Part shown: positions 19,745-29,180 of the stretch, in pieces | Numbering within the stretch: the stretch's first letter is position 1 | How the letters are laid out: the number at the start of each line of letters is the position of its first letter | The notes under the pieces: generated by a model | The model's input: the letters and a program-made list of their open reading frames with translations, nothing else | Database searches by the model: none | What the model was told of the DNA's origin: nothing | Origin: a virus | IMG/VR virus record: IMGVR_UViG_3300025896_000030 | Span: 3,763-67,762 of that record | Strand: one strand, 5' to 3' | Length of the DNA: 64,000 nucleotides | Translations under genes and position numbers: made by a program

Positions 19745-20064
19745 TGCCTCTGCTGACTCCAATCCATGTCTTCGATAAGAAGACCAAGCATGACAGACGG
19801 ATGCCTAGTCTCGCTCGTCGCGTCATCAACGTGACCGCGTCGGCACCTGCGATTGTAGCATCTGGATTTGCTAAAACTCCTGATAAGGAGATAGAACACA
19901 GGAAGGACGTATGCGAAAACAAGTGCCCTCTGAAGCTGTGGGATCCGACAGCGTACAACGGTGCGGGTACGTGTCTCCATAAAAAATGTGGATGCAACAT
20001 GAAGTTGAAAAACAGATTTGAAGTTTCACGCTGTCCTGAAAACTTCTGGGAAACAATAAAATGA
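19744..20064 (+). CDS. Small Cys-rich protein
   Basis: CENKCP..CLHKKCGCNMKLK..CPENFW. Confidence 0.55.
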   Translation: MPLLTPIHVFDKKTKHDRRMPSLARRVINVTASAPAIVASGFAKTPDKEIEHRKDVCENKCPLKLWDPTAYNGAGTCLHKKCGCNMKLKNRFEVSRCPENFWETIK

Positions 20065-22304
20065 GAGTCATTCCATTAACCGGGACTGATGAAGATAGGA
20101 TTTTGACGCAGGAACTCGGTCTGATTCGCCCTTACGAGCTTCACTCGACGGATCAGGTCAGATTGTTTCTTGGCGGAGTCCCGATTGGACCTGCGTTCTA
20201 CAACACCGTAAATACCAATTCACTCGTCCTTCTAAACGAGGACGAAGCGCGAGGAGTTTTCCCCGGGGACTTTGCGTATAACGAGGAAACCAACAGTGTC
20301 TGGCTGTGTCGTGCCAACAGAGGCGAGGATGCAGGAACTAACGATGACGATTGGATAAATCTCAATTCGGCTGTCGGAGACATTTCAGGAACTGAATTAA
20401 CCACAGCTGATTTCACGCTGCTTGGAAGATCGACTGAAAGCTCAACAGGTGAAGGCGCGATCGAGCAGATCAAAATTGCAGGAGGACTTGTACTGGAAGA
20501 CGGATTTTTGAGCACCAGTGGTCCTTTGATAAACACTACCTACACAGCGAAGGAAGGCACACTTATAGGCAGGTGGGAGGACTCGTCAGATTCGACGGAA
20601 GGGGGATTGCAGGAAATCTCACTCGGTAAGTATCTCTCCTTCGCGGATGCTGTATTGGAGGTAACAGGACTTGTGGAGCTGGAAGGGTACGATGAAGGAG
20701 ACATTTTAGTTGCCGACGATTACGGAAATCTGGCACCTCTCACTATAGGGAAGGAAGGACAAGTGCTGACAGTGACCGGGGGGGTTCCCACGTGGGAAGA
20801 TGCAACTGGAGGTGGTGATATCACTACAGACAAAGCGTGGGCAGCAAAAGGTGACCTGATCGTTGCGACTGGAAACGATGCTGCGGCTATCGTATCGATT
20901 GGTTCCTCAAATCAAGTTCTGACTGTGGTAGGAGGAACTGCTGCGTGGGCTAATCTTCCCACTGTCACGACAATCGCTAACGATGCCATTTGGGCTGCCA
21001 AAGGAGACATCGTTTATGCAACGGGAAATGACGCTGCGGCTGTATTGTCTATTGGATCCACTAATCAAGTGTTGACGGTGGTCAGCGGACAGCCTGCTTG
21101 GGCAAATGCTCCGACAGGAGACGTGTCCAAGGATACGATTTGGGATGCGGCAGGCGATCTTGCTGTTGGCACGGGATCTGACGCAGCTGCAAGGTTGGCT
21201 CGTGGGTCTAACGGACAGGTGTTGACGTCAGGTGCTTCTACCATTTCCTGGGTAACTCCCAAAACTGTCGCGACGGATGTAATCTTTGACGCTAAAGGGG
21301 ATTTGGCTGTGGGCACAGGCGCTGACACAGCCTCACGTTTGGCTGTGGGCACAAACGGTCAAATACTTTCGGCTAATTCGGCACAAGCAACAGGGCTTCA
21401 GTGGATCGCTAATAACGCATGGGCTAATCCCATGACTACTAAAGGGGACATGGTCATCAGAGACGCCTCCAATGCTAATGCTCGATTGGCCATCGGAAAA
21501 ACGGGACAGTTGCTGAATGTAGCAGGAACTGGAGTTCCCGCATGGACCGATAGACCAACACAAAAAGGCAGTTGGGTTGAAGGCAATGTTGACTCTCCGG
21601 ATGTCCCATTGAATTGGGTGTCTAATGGAGATTCTAATGGCGTGTTTTATTACATTGGAACCGATTTTGGCATAAACAGCTGGAGCAATCCTCAAGCGAC
21701 AGGTCAAATTTTGGCTGCGGCCTACCCTAACACTACATCTGGAACGGTGAGTAAATGGACTAATAGAAATCCAGAATATGAGTACGTAGGAGGTGGAGGT
21801 GGGACAAATTGGATTGCATTTGATTTAGGTAATGACAACAGACAACTACTGTTGAAAGAATACACGTTCCAAAACTATTCGAGTGCTGATAGATATGCCC
21901 GAAACTGGAAAATACAGGGAACCAATAGCGTCGCGTCATGGAATTCTGCTGGCATTATTGGAGCTTCTTGGACGGACTTAGATACCAGAGTAAACGACAC
22001 CACGATGGGAGGAGGTGCTTATGCATGGGCACATTACACAATCGCATCCCCCGGAAGTAATCGCTATCGGTTTTTTAGAATTCTTCAAACAGGAGGAGAC
22101 AGTCTTGGGGGAAATTACATATGCACAAATGAAATTGAGCTATATGGTGATTTCCAGCATGAATTAGGAACCCCAGACTATCTGCTCAATCTGCTTCCTC
22201 AACTAGCTACTCCTGATCCTCCGGCTGAGGGATTTCTACTCTTCGTTGAGAGCGGAAACCTCAAGTGTATAGATGATCTTGGTAACGTCACAACACTTGC
22301 TTAA
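20061..22304 (+). CDS. Tail fibre with KGD-type repeats and C-terminal discoidin/SUN-like domain
   Basis: About six ~45-50 aa repeats (WAAKGDLIVATGNDAAAIVSIGSSNQVLTVVGG..W); WIAFDLG..YTF..RNWKIQG..YRFFRILQTG..EIELYG. Confidence 0.75.
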   Translation: MRVIPLTGTDEDRILTQELGLIRPYELHSTDQVRLFLGGVPIGPAFYNTVNTNSLVLLNEDEARGVFPGDFAYNEETNSVWLCRANRGEDAGTNDDDWINLNSAVGDISGTELTTADFTLLGRSTESSTGEGAIEQIKIAGGLVLEDGFLSTSGPLINTTYTAKEGTLIGRWEDSSDSTEGGLQEISLGKYLSFADAVLEVTGLVELEGYDEGDILVADDYGNLAPLTIGKEGQVLTVTGGVPTWEDATGGGDITTDKAWAAKGDLIVATGNDAAAIVSIGSSNQVLTVVGGTAAWANLPTVTTIANDAIWAAKGDIVYATGNDAAAVLSIGSTNQVLTVVSGQPAWANAPTGDVSKDTIWDAAGDLAVGTGSDAAARLARGSNGQVLTSGASTISWVTPKTVATDVIFDAKGDLAVGTGADTASRLAVGTNGQILSANSAQATGLQWIANNAWANPMTTKGDMVIRDASNANARLAIGKTGQLLNVAGTGVPAWTDRPTQKGSWVEGNVDSPDVPLNWVSNGDSNGVFYYIGTDFGINSWSNPQATGQILAAAYPNTTSGTVSKWTNRNPEYEYVGGGGGTNWIAFDLGNDNRQLLLKEYTFQNYSSADRYARNWKIQGTNSVASWNSAGIIGASWTDLDTRVNDTTMGGGAYAWAHYTIASPGSNRYRFFRILQTGGDSLGGNYICTNEIELYGDFQHELGTPDYLLNLLPQLATPDPPAEGFLLFVESGNLKCIDDLGNVTTLA

Positions 22305-22323
22305 ATCGGCACCAAAAGGAACT

Positions 22324-23445
22324 ATGAAACGATCATCCGATATAGATTTCATCTTAGCCTTCACTTTTCTTTTTGTCCTTTCCATTTTGTGGGGATGCCA
22401 ATCAGATCAGCCTCCTGTCGCCAAACCGACGAAGGACAGCAGTCAATTTGGAAAACTCTCTGATGCGCAGGACAAGACGGAGAAAGCTCTAATGGAAGCC
22501 GAGTCGAAGCGCCTAGCACTCGAAGAAGCCACAGTCACATTTAATTCCAAACTAGCTGCCAACATCGATCTCGCCCGCGCAGGTAATCAGGGGAATCCTG
22601 AGGGCTTTCCCAAGATCATCGTGGAAGGTGAACTCAACATTGCGAGATCACAGCTTGATGGTGTCGCGTCTGATCCTGAGGAAATGGCAAGAGGCGAGCG
22701 TCGCCGTGCGGATCTCGAAACAGGACGAGCGGAGGAGGCAAGACGAGCGTATTCTGTCGCTGCCGAGGACGCCAAAAAGATGCAAAGCGAGATCGTTCGA
22801 CTGAAAGTGGAAAGAGATGTCGCACAGGCAGAGGCGAACGCAGCTAGGGCATTGGAAAAGGAAGCCCAGAAAGTGTTCGAGGCACAGTTAGAAAAGAATC
22901 GCCAAGAGAATCAGAAGGCGATCGACAAACTCGTGGCTGATCACAGGAAGGAGCTAGACAAGGAAAAGCGCGCATTCCAAAGACAGCTAGGATGGGTTCT
23001 CATGGGTCTTGGAACTGTATTCATCATAGGCGGAGCGTTTCTAGCCTACACAGGCGTGCAATCAGGTGATCCGCTTAAAGCAATAGTAAGGGCTGCTGTC
23101 GTCGCAGGAGCAGGAGCGTTCTGCTTTTCTGTTGCATGGTCTATAAATCAATGGTGGTTCAAGTGGGTGTTCATCGGAGGTTGTGCAACAGGAGTTGCTG
23201 CGTGTCTCGTGTACGCGTGGGCTGCGTGGAAAGAGTCACAGGAAAAGAAAGCATTGCTCCAGCGATCTAAGGAAGCAGACGAAGCCGAGAAAGCTCTCAA
23301 AGCAATTGGAAAAGTAATCGACCCTCTGCCTGAAAAGAGTGAGATCAAGCAAGCCTTGTCCTCTAAAATGTCCAAAGTGGACAAGGCATTGATTCACGAA
23401 CTCAAAGCAGAGGATCAGCGTGCCGAAGCAAACCTCGCCCAATAA
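22324..23445 (+). CDS. Predicted lipoprotein with long coiled coil and three C-terminal TM helices (candidate unimolecular spanin)
   Basis: Hydrophobic signal ending ILWG-C; E/A/K/R-rich helical middle; three hydrophobic segments near C-terminus. Confidence 0.5.
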   Translation: MKRSSDIDFILAFTFLFVLSILWGCQSDQPPVAKPTKDSSQFGKLSDAQDKTEKALMEAESKRLALEEATVTFNSKLAANIDLARAGNQGNPEGFPKIIVEGELNIARSQLDGVASDPEEMARGERRRADLETGRAEEARRAYSVAAEDAKKMQSEIVRLKVERDVAQAEANAARALEKEAQKVFEAQLEKNRQENQKAIDKLVADHRKELDKEKRAFQRQLGWVLMGLGTVFIIGGAFLAYTGVQSGDPLKAIVRAAVVAGAGAFCFSVAWSINQWWFKWVFIGGCATGVAACLVYAWAAWKESQEKKALLQRSKEADEAEKALKAIGKVIDPLPEKSEIKQALSSKMSKVDKALIHELKAEDQRAEANLAQ

Positions 23446-23451
23446 AACATC

Positions 23452-23721
23452 ATGCGCCTGCCTTTCATTCGTATTCCCGATTTCAAAAAGCAAGTCGAGG
23501 AGGAAGACAAGCCGGAGATTTTCTATAAGGATTTCTCCGATGCTGAAAAGCGGGACTATATCAGGAACCGCATAACGCAGAGTATGGTAATGTGGTCATG
23601 CAAGACGAGCCTAGCAGCCTACAACCTATGCTGGATCGTGATCATTTTCCTTATTCTTACGATGGGTAATCAAATCCTCCAGCTTATTCAGCAAGTGGTT
23701 AAAAGCAAGGTAGGGTTATAA
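23452..23721 (+). CDS. Small single-TM protein (holin/antiholin candidate)
   Basis: LCWIVIIFLILTMG hydrophobic segment; lysis-cassette position. Confidence 0.4.
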   Translation: MRLPFIRIPDFKKQVEEEDKPEIFYKDFSDAEKRDYIRNRITQSMVMWSCKTSLAAYNLCWIVIIFLILTMGNQILQLIQQVVKSKVGL

Positions 23722-24224
23722 TGAAAGCAACTATTCAAAAAGCCATTTCCCCTTTCATTCCCGGGGAAAGACAGACCTCAGGTCCGATCAACGTGGAAGC
23801 AGCTCTGCCCAGCTGCTACCTGATGACCAAGCGAGTTCTCCTCCTCGACGACGACGAGAATTTATTGGATCTTGTCAACATCGTCAAGGATGTGTTCAAA
23901 CTCAATATGAGGATCACGACAGTCTCGACCATCGCAGGTGCGCGATCTGCGATTCTGCATTCGGATCGTCAACCTCCTTACGACATCATGATTTTCGATG
24001 TCGTATTGGCGAACGGAAACGGGATCGAACTATATAAGGAGCTGATTGCCAAATGGCCACGTTGCAATGTGGTCTTTCTTACAGGGTACTATTCTCCTGA
24101 GGTCGTAAAGAAAATCGAGGCGATCGGTCCCGCGCAAATAAGATCCAAAGAAAGCATCGTGAAACCTGAATTCCTGGCTGCCATGCTTGAGCAGTTAGGA
24201 GTCAAACGAAACTTTCCATGCTGA
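23721..24224 (+). CDS. Single-domain response regulator (CheY-like receiver)
   Basis: RVLLLDDD, YDIMIFDVVL.NGNGIEL (phosphoacceptor Asp), VVFLTG, RSK. Confidence 0.85.
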   Translation: MKATIQKAISPFIPGERQTSGPINVEAALPSCYLMTKRVLLLDDDENLLDLVNIVKDVFKLNMRITTVSTIAGARSAILHSDRQPPYDIMIFDVVLANGNGIELYKELIAKWPRCNVVFLTGYYSPEVVKKIEAIGPAQIRSKESIVKPEFLAAMLEQLGVKRNFPC

Positions 24225-24232
24225 ATTCATCT

Positions 24233-24334
24233 TGCTGTGCAGGGTTTTGGCTTTCCCTTGCATAGCAGTGTTAGGTGGTTGGGCTAGGGGGCGGGTTTGG
24301 TGGAGAGAACTGCGTACCGCCCCCTAGCCCTTTT
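24233..24334. terminator. Two hairpins between convergent operons
   Basis: tgctgtgcaggg / cccttgcatagca, then perfect gggctagggggcgg / ccgccccctagccc plus tttt. Confidence 0.65.
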
Positions 24335-24344
24335 GTCTGTCATG

Positions 24345-24944
24345 TCACGGGGTGTCTGTGTGTTCCATTACGTTCACACAGTGACCGACAGAAAATTCAG
24401 GAATGTGTGTCACCATGACGAACTGAAACCCCAGTTCGTCGGCTAACTGTTCGAGAACCACCCTCATTGTTGTCCGGTATTCAACAGAAAGGAAGCGGAA
24501 CGGCTCATCGAGAAAAAGCACCGGTCTAAGTTTGGGGCGGTTTAACATGATCACCGCGCATCGTAATGCGAAGGAGGCCACATCGATGATTCCTCCACCT
24601 GAAGCAAACATGGGATCGACTTCCTCTCCATTCACGACGAAAACAAGACGAGCTTCCGTCTTTCCTCGCTTCTCCTCGAACAAGATATTGAAATCAGGAG
24701 CTTCTTTTCCAAACACAGCTTTCAAGCAGCGGGAAACGATTCCTGCGATGTGGGAATGAATCGTCTGCTGGACTGTGGCAGCGAGCGTCTGGACGATCTT
24801 GCGAGCTTCCGTTGCATGCGTCAGCTGCTCCTCTGCTGCTGCTGCCTGTGCGCGTGCATCGCGCCGTGCCGATATAGCGTGTTGCCGTTTGGAGATCAAT
24901 ACGTTCAGCTCCTGCCGGAGATCGACGGAATTAAATGTTTCCAT
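24345..24944 (-). CDS. sbcC: Rad50/SbcC C-terminal half (signature plus Walker B)
   Basis: ASGGG signature, VLFLDEPF Walker B, FVMVTH H-loop. Confidence 0.8.
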   Translation of the reverse strand: METFNSVDLRQELNVLISKRQHAISARRDARAQAAAAEEQLTHATEARKIVQTLAATVQQTIHSHIAGIVSRCLKAVFGKEAPDFNILFEEKRGKTEARLVFVVNGEEVDPMFASGGGIIDVASFALRCAVIMLNRPKLRPVLFLDEPFRFLSVEYRTTMRVVLEQLADELGFQFVMVTHIPEFSVGHCVNVMEHTDTP

Positions 24945-25159
24945 TTTTTGACGAACTGCTTTTGGAGCGTTTCGATTTTCCCTTCCAGATCCTTGCTCTG
25001 ACTTTCGTACTTTTCCAGAAGCTCTTTAGCCTCCTTCAAATTCCCTACGTCGAACTGGAGCCGCAAAGTTCCTATCGTCGCATCATACGCACCTCGTGCA
25101 CGCTCGCGAGCGTCGCGAGCCTCTTCGACGGCTTCCCGTAACTGTTCGTATTCTTTCAT
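24905..25159 (-). CDS. Small coiled-coil protein in Rad50/Mre11 operon
   Basis: Heptad-rich; between Mre11 and Rad50 C-half. Confidence 0.6.
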   Translation of the reverse strand: MKEYEQLREAVEEARDARERARGAYDATIGTLRLQFDVGNLKEAKELLEKYESQSKDLEGKIETLQKQFVKKWKHLIPSISGRS

Positions 25160-26124
25160 CAGCGGTCGAGACTATCTTCTAGGATGCGGGAGACGGGAAC
25201 AGGGACGTCGTGTTTTTTGGTGTACACATTTATGAGGTCTCTGAAATCCAACCTCTTAGTTTCCACTTCCTTTAGTATTTTAATGAAATCGCTTTGGAGA
25301 ACGATGTTTTCCTCGGCTGCTTTGAGTATTGTACCATTGCTGATCCACAAGTCCTTTGAGGTGTCTAATTTATGGATATCTACAGTTCCATCAAAACGAA
25401 GTAGTCCCACATTCACTCCGTAATCACGCTCATCGGATTTACGAGGAATGACACAACCGTTATTCCACACCCAGCAATTTCCGGTTTTCCAAAGAAAGGA
25501 CTTATGGTTGTCACCAAACAAAGCAACCTCGTATCCTGACAACACCTCTGCCATTCCGCGCACGCGCTCGCTTTCAGAGGCACCAGGATAGGAATTTCTG
25601 TCAGTTGCCCAAACGTAACGGTGGCATAGTAGCACATTAAGAGTGTCTTCCCGCCGCCCCCTGTACTTTTCGGGAACAGGAGGAATAGTCATTTCCCAAT
25701 GACACGCTGTCACACGCAGACGAGGGGTGTGGGCATCGGAAAATAAGAATATACTATCCCCGTTTTTTATGTGGTTGAACTTCTGCGCCATCACGCATGT
25801 CCAATACGCTGTGTCCTTCAGCCTTCCAGGAGCATGGTAGGGCGTATCATGTTGTCCTGGAATCGTGTACCATTTTTGTCGTATGGAATCCAAAACAAAA
25901 TTGATAAGTTCGGCAGGAGAATTCCACTTATCGAACAAGTCACCTGCGCATAGGATGGGAACGTTATCGTGCATTCTCGATATGCTTTCGATTTCCTCAA
26001 TGTACCTGAGCTGTGCTGCGTACCAATCTGGCTCATTCGCCCGAGCAATTGGTAAGGTGTGGGTGAAATGAATATCCGAGCAGAGGATGGCTAAGACAGG
26101 ATTTTCTGTTTGCATAGGGGACAT
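25159..26124 (-). CDS. sbcD: Mre11/SbcD-like metallophosphoesterase nuclease
   Basis: SDIH, AGDLFD, PGQHD, GDNH motifs. Confidence 0.85.
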   Translation of the reverse strand: MSPMQTENPVLAILCSDIHFTHTLPIARANEPDWYAAQLRYIEEIESISRMHDNVPILCAGDLFDKWNSPAELINFVLDSIRQKWYTIPGQHDTPYHAPGRLKDTAYWTCVMAQKFNHIKNGDSIFLFSDAHTPRLRVTACHWEMTIPPVPEKYRGRREDTLNVLLCHRYVWATDRNSYPGASESERVRGMAEVLSGYEVALFGDNHKSFLWKTGNCWVWNNGCVIPRKSDERDYGVNVGLLRFDGTVDIHKLDTSKDLWISNGTILKAAEENIVLQSDFIKILKEVETKRLDFRDLINVYTKKHDVPVPVSRILEDSLDR

Positions 26125-26990
26125 ATATTTTTGCCAAATTTGGCGTGAAATTTTTTTTCTAGGGAGTCTAGTGTTTCAGAACTATTCTCGATTTTTTGCT
26201 TGGCTCGTTCCAATTGAGTGATGTGGTCTCGCAAAATTCGGATGTCTTGATTCTTGGAGGCTTTAAGACTTTGGAGATTGTCGATCGCGGTGAAATGGGG
26301 CAAATCCATTTCCGCGGTCTGTTTGTGATCCCTCAGTTTTGCCGCTAGCCTGTCGAGGTCCATGAAGTTGTTCAACACCTTCGACTGTCTTTTCTCCAGT
26401 TTTTCGATTTCCGCCAATTCAGCGTCAGCCTCTATGGTCCAGTTCAACTCCTTTATTTTGACTGTCTGCCTGTCGATTTCCTCCTTGTGTATCTCGACTG
26501 CCTGCCGGGACCTTCTGACCAAATTGGAGCAGTAATTCAGGGAGCGATCTATGGTGGACAGATCGACAATTTCATTAAGTCGTTTGCTGACCTCGGTAGC
26601 AGGCAAAGAAAACCAGAAAGGCGCATCGTGTTGAAACTGGAAATTGAGATCCGACAGGCGTAATGATCTCTGCACGGACTCAGGAATGCTCGATCCGATC
26701 GCCTTGAGCTTTTCCCCGTCCTGTACATATGCGTTTGTTTTCTTGTCGCGTACACGACGAATGGAGAGATCATCGGTGCGCAGGCGGACATCGCAGCTGT
26801 CCTCTCCGTGCCGAATGAAGCTCGTGCCCGTCGGACGATTGAACACCAGCCAAGCAATCGCCCGAATGACAGACGACTTGCCTGTGTTAGTGGGTCCGAC
26901 AATCGCGGTTATCTGGTCGTCAAAGGAAATTCTCAGTCGCGTGTGCTTCTGGAAATTTCTGACTAGAACGTCTTTGAATTTGGACAACAT
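26091..26990 (-). CDS. sbcC: Rad50/SbcC N-terminal half (Walker A, coiled coil, terminal CxxC)
   Basis: RNFQKH, IVGPTNTGKSS, QFQHD Q-loop, ends CPLCKQ. Confidence 0.8.
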   Translation of the reverse strand: MLSKFKDVLVRNFQKHTRLRISFDDQITAIVGPTNTGKSSVIRAIAWLVFNRPTGTSFIRHGEDSCDVRLRTDDLSIRRVRDKKTNAYVQDGEKLKAIGSSIPESVQRSLRLSDLNFQFQHDAPFWFSLPATEVSKRLNEIVDLSTIDRSLNYCSNLVRRSRQAVEIHKEEIDRQTVKIKELNWTIEADAELAEIEKLEKRQSKVLNNFMDLDRLAAKLRDHKQTAEMDLPHFTAIDNLQSLKASKNQDIRILRDHITQLERAKQKIENSSETLDSLEKKFHAKFGKNICPLCKQKILS

Positions 26991-27208
26991 TAGGGAAGAA
27001 AGTCTTCCTCGACGACACCCTTTTCTTTCGCCTCCTTCTCGAACTTTTTCCTTCGAGCAACACCTTCCTTGAACATCCTGAAGGCAGCTTGGCGAGAGGC
27101 GAGAGGAACACGTGCCAGTTCACCCGGAGCGTTCTCAGCTGTTCCTCCTTTCTGGAAGTGAGCGGAGAGGAGGAACTTCAGTTTCCTGTTGAGTGTGATT
27201 TGTTTCAT
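26990..27208 (-). CDS. Hypothetical protein
   Basis: Coupled ORF in minus-strand operon. Confidence 0.5.
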   Translation of the reverse strand: MKQITLNRKLKFLLSAHFQKGGTAENAPGELARVPLASRQAAFRMFKEGVARRKKFEKEAKEKGVVEEDFLP

Positions 27209-27408
27209 TTTGGATCGCTGATTGCGAAGGAAGCAAAAATGGGATTGGAATTGAAATAAATTAAGGCGGCACTTTCCGCGTCATTCCTCGACACCTGTGC
27301 AACTATCAGCCGCCCTGCAACGCGCCCGTCGTCATTGTAACAAATGACCTCGTAATCTCCTAGTTTGCTGGGATCGTTTGATGGTGGAGAGTCGTCGTTT
27401 TTCTTCAT
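27205..27408 (-). CDS. Hypothetical protein
   Basis: First ORF of minus-strand operon; 4-nt overlap with next gene. Confidence 0.45.
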   Translation of the reverse strand: MKKNDDSPPSNDPSKLGDYEVICYNDDGRVAGRLIVAQVSRNDAESAALIYFNSNPIFASFAISDPK

Positions 27409-27524
27409 GGTGTCATAATCGAGTGGATGCTAAAAATTACGCAAGTCCTTGATGCTACGATCTGGAGAACAACATGGAAAAAATAAAATTGAAGTAGTTC
27501 CATGGATGTAACGTTATGTAACAC

Positions 27525-29159
27525 ATGAAGTTCAAACCCTCACCCAATCAGGAAGCAATTTTCCGCTTCATCGAGGAGGAAAAAGGATCGGCAGTGATCG
27601 AGGCGGTGGCAGGCTCGGGCAAGACTACCACGATAGTCAAGGCTCTTGAGTTGATCGATCCATCCAAGAAAATCCTGTTCCTTGCTTTCAATAAGAAAAT
27701 CGCCACTGAACTCCAGTCACGCATTCCTGCACATGCGAAGGCTGCAACGTTTCACTCCGTGGGCTACGGAGCGTGGAGATTCGCAACCGACAACTGCCAG
27801 ATCGACGACGCCAAGCTGAGCAATCTGCTCAAGACACATTTTTCCGAGCTACACAGGAGCAGCTACGGCGCCGCCATGCGCAAGCTCGTGGGACTGGCGA
27901 AGTCAGCAGGTGTGGGTAAGCTCATCGCAAACGATATGGTCAATTGGTACGCTCTAGCCGACCACCACTCCGTCGAGCTCCCCGATTCGCCCAAGTTTGC
28001 GGATCAGGCAATCCAGCTCTCGATGCAGTTGCTGGAGCTCTCGGTGGAGGCTGCACGTGCGGGCACGATCGATTTTGACGACATGCTGTACATGCCGCTC
28101 CTCGATAATGTTCCGTTTTCCAAATACGATTATGTATTCGTGGACGAGGCGCAGGACACGAATCAGGTCCAGTTGTCCCTACTGCGCCGCATGCTCAAGC
28201 CGGGTGGACGTCTGATCGCAGTAGGTGACAGACACCAGGCGATCTACGGGTTCCGAGGAGCTGACGCTGGCGCGATGGACGCGATCGTAGAGGCATTCGG
28301 ATGCAAGATTCTGCCTCTCAGCAAGTCCTATCGCTGCGCCAAAAATGTGATCAAGCTGGCGCAGACGATCGTCCCACATATCGAGGCAGCCGACAATGCA
28401 CCTGATGGAGAGATCATCGACGACGTTCCTTTTTCTGACACCAATTTTGCCAATGAGGACGTCATTATCTGCCGTAACACTGCGCCGCTGATCGAGACAG
28501 CCTTCCGATTCATCTCCCAGGGACGGGGATGCAAAGTGCTGGGTCGGGACATCGGATCCGGCTTGATTAGCTTGGTCGAAAAGATGAAGGGCGACGACAT
28601 CGCCGAATTCGAGCGCCGCCTCGAAGCGTTCACCCAGCGGGAAGTGGAGAAGCACATGGGCAAGGGCGAGGAAGACCGTGCAGAAGCCGTGCGTGACCGG
28701 TCTAATTGCCTCACAGCGATCATCTCACACCTGCCTGAAAATAACCGCACGATTCCTGCTCTCAAGGTCACGATCGCCGAGATGTTCTCCGACGATGCGT
28801 CCAAGTCCATGCTGACGCTGTGCACGGCGCACAAATCCAAAGGTCTCGAATGGGATCGCGTATTCATCCTTCGCTCCGACCTCATGCCGAGCAAGTGGGC
28901 GCGTCAGCGTTGGCAGCAGGAACAGGAAAAGAATCTGATGTATGTCGCCTACACGCGAGCCAAGAAGACCCTAGTGTTTCTCCGCGTCGAGATCGATGGA
29001 AACAAGACCTCGAATCATGCTCCTTCTCCCGCTACGAAAGCAGATTCTCATTTCCCTTTTGCCTCGGCGAGCGAAACCAACCGAGAACGTGCGATCCGTC
29101 GCTGGATGTCGATCGGTGCTCCGGAAGGAAAACTCAACCCTCTTTGGATCGAAGTCTAA
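27525..29159 (+). CDS. UvrD/Rep superfamily 1 helicase
   Basis: AVAGSGKTT, VDEAQD, VGDRHQAIYGFRGA, SYRC, TAHKSKGLEW, YVAYTRAK. Confidence 0.92.
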   Translation: MKFKPSPNQEAIFRFIEEEKGSAVIEAVAGSGKTTTIVKALELIDPSKKILFLAFNKKIATELQSRIPAHAKAATFHSVGYGAWRFATDNCQIDDAKLSNLLKTHFSELHRSSYGAAMRKLVGLAKSAGVGKLIANDMVNWYALADHHSVELPDSPKFADQAIQLSMQLLELSVEAARAGTIDFDDMLYMPLLDNVPFSKYDYVFVDEAQDTNQVQLSLLRRMLKPGGRLIAVGDRHQAIYGFRGADAGAMDAIVEAFGCKILPLSKSYRCAKNVIKLAQTIVPHIEAADNAPDGEIIDDVPFSDTNFANEDVIICRNTAPLIETAFRFISQGRGCKVLGRDIGSGLISLVEKMKGDDIAEFERRLEAFTQREVEKHMGKGEEDRAEAVRDRSNCLTAIISHLPENNRTIPALKVTIAEMFSDDASKSMLTLCTAHKSKGLEWDRVFILRSDLMPSKWARQRWQQEQEKNLMYVAYTRAKKTLVFLRVEIDGNKTSNHAPSPATKADSHFPFASASETNRERAIRRWMSIGAPEGKLNPLWIEV

Positions 29160-29180
29160 AAACCAAAACAACAAAATACC

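Noticed and set aside
20680-21560. Tail-fibre repeats as a diversity-generating retroelement
   Set aside because: No reverse transcriptase; differences are not adenine-specific
27489-27524. TTGAAG site upstream of uvrD as a member of the GAT -10 promoter family
   Set aside because: No matching -10 box at 17-bp spacing; a promoter is likely here but cannot be placed
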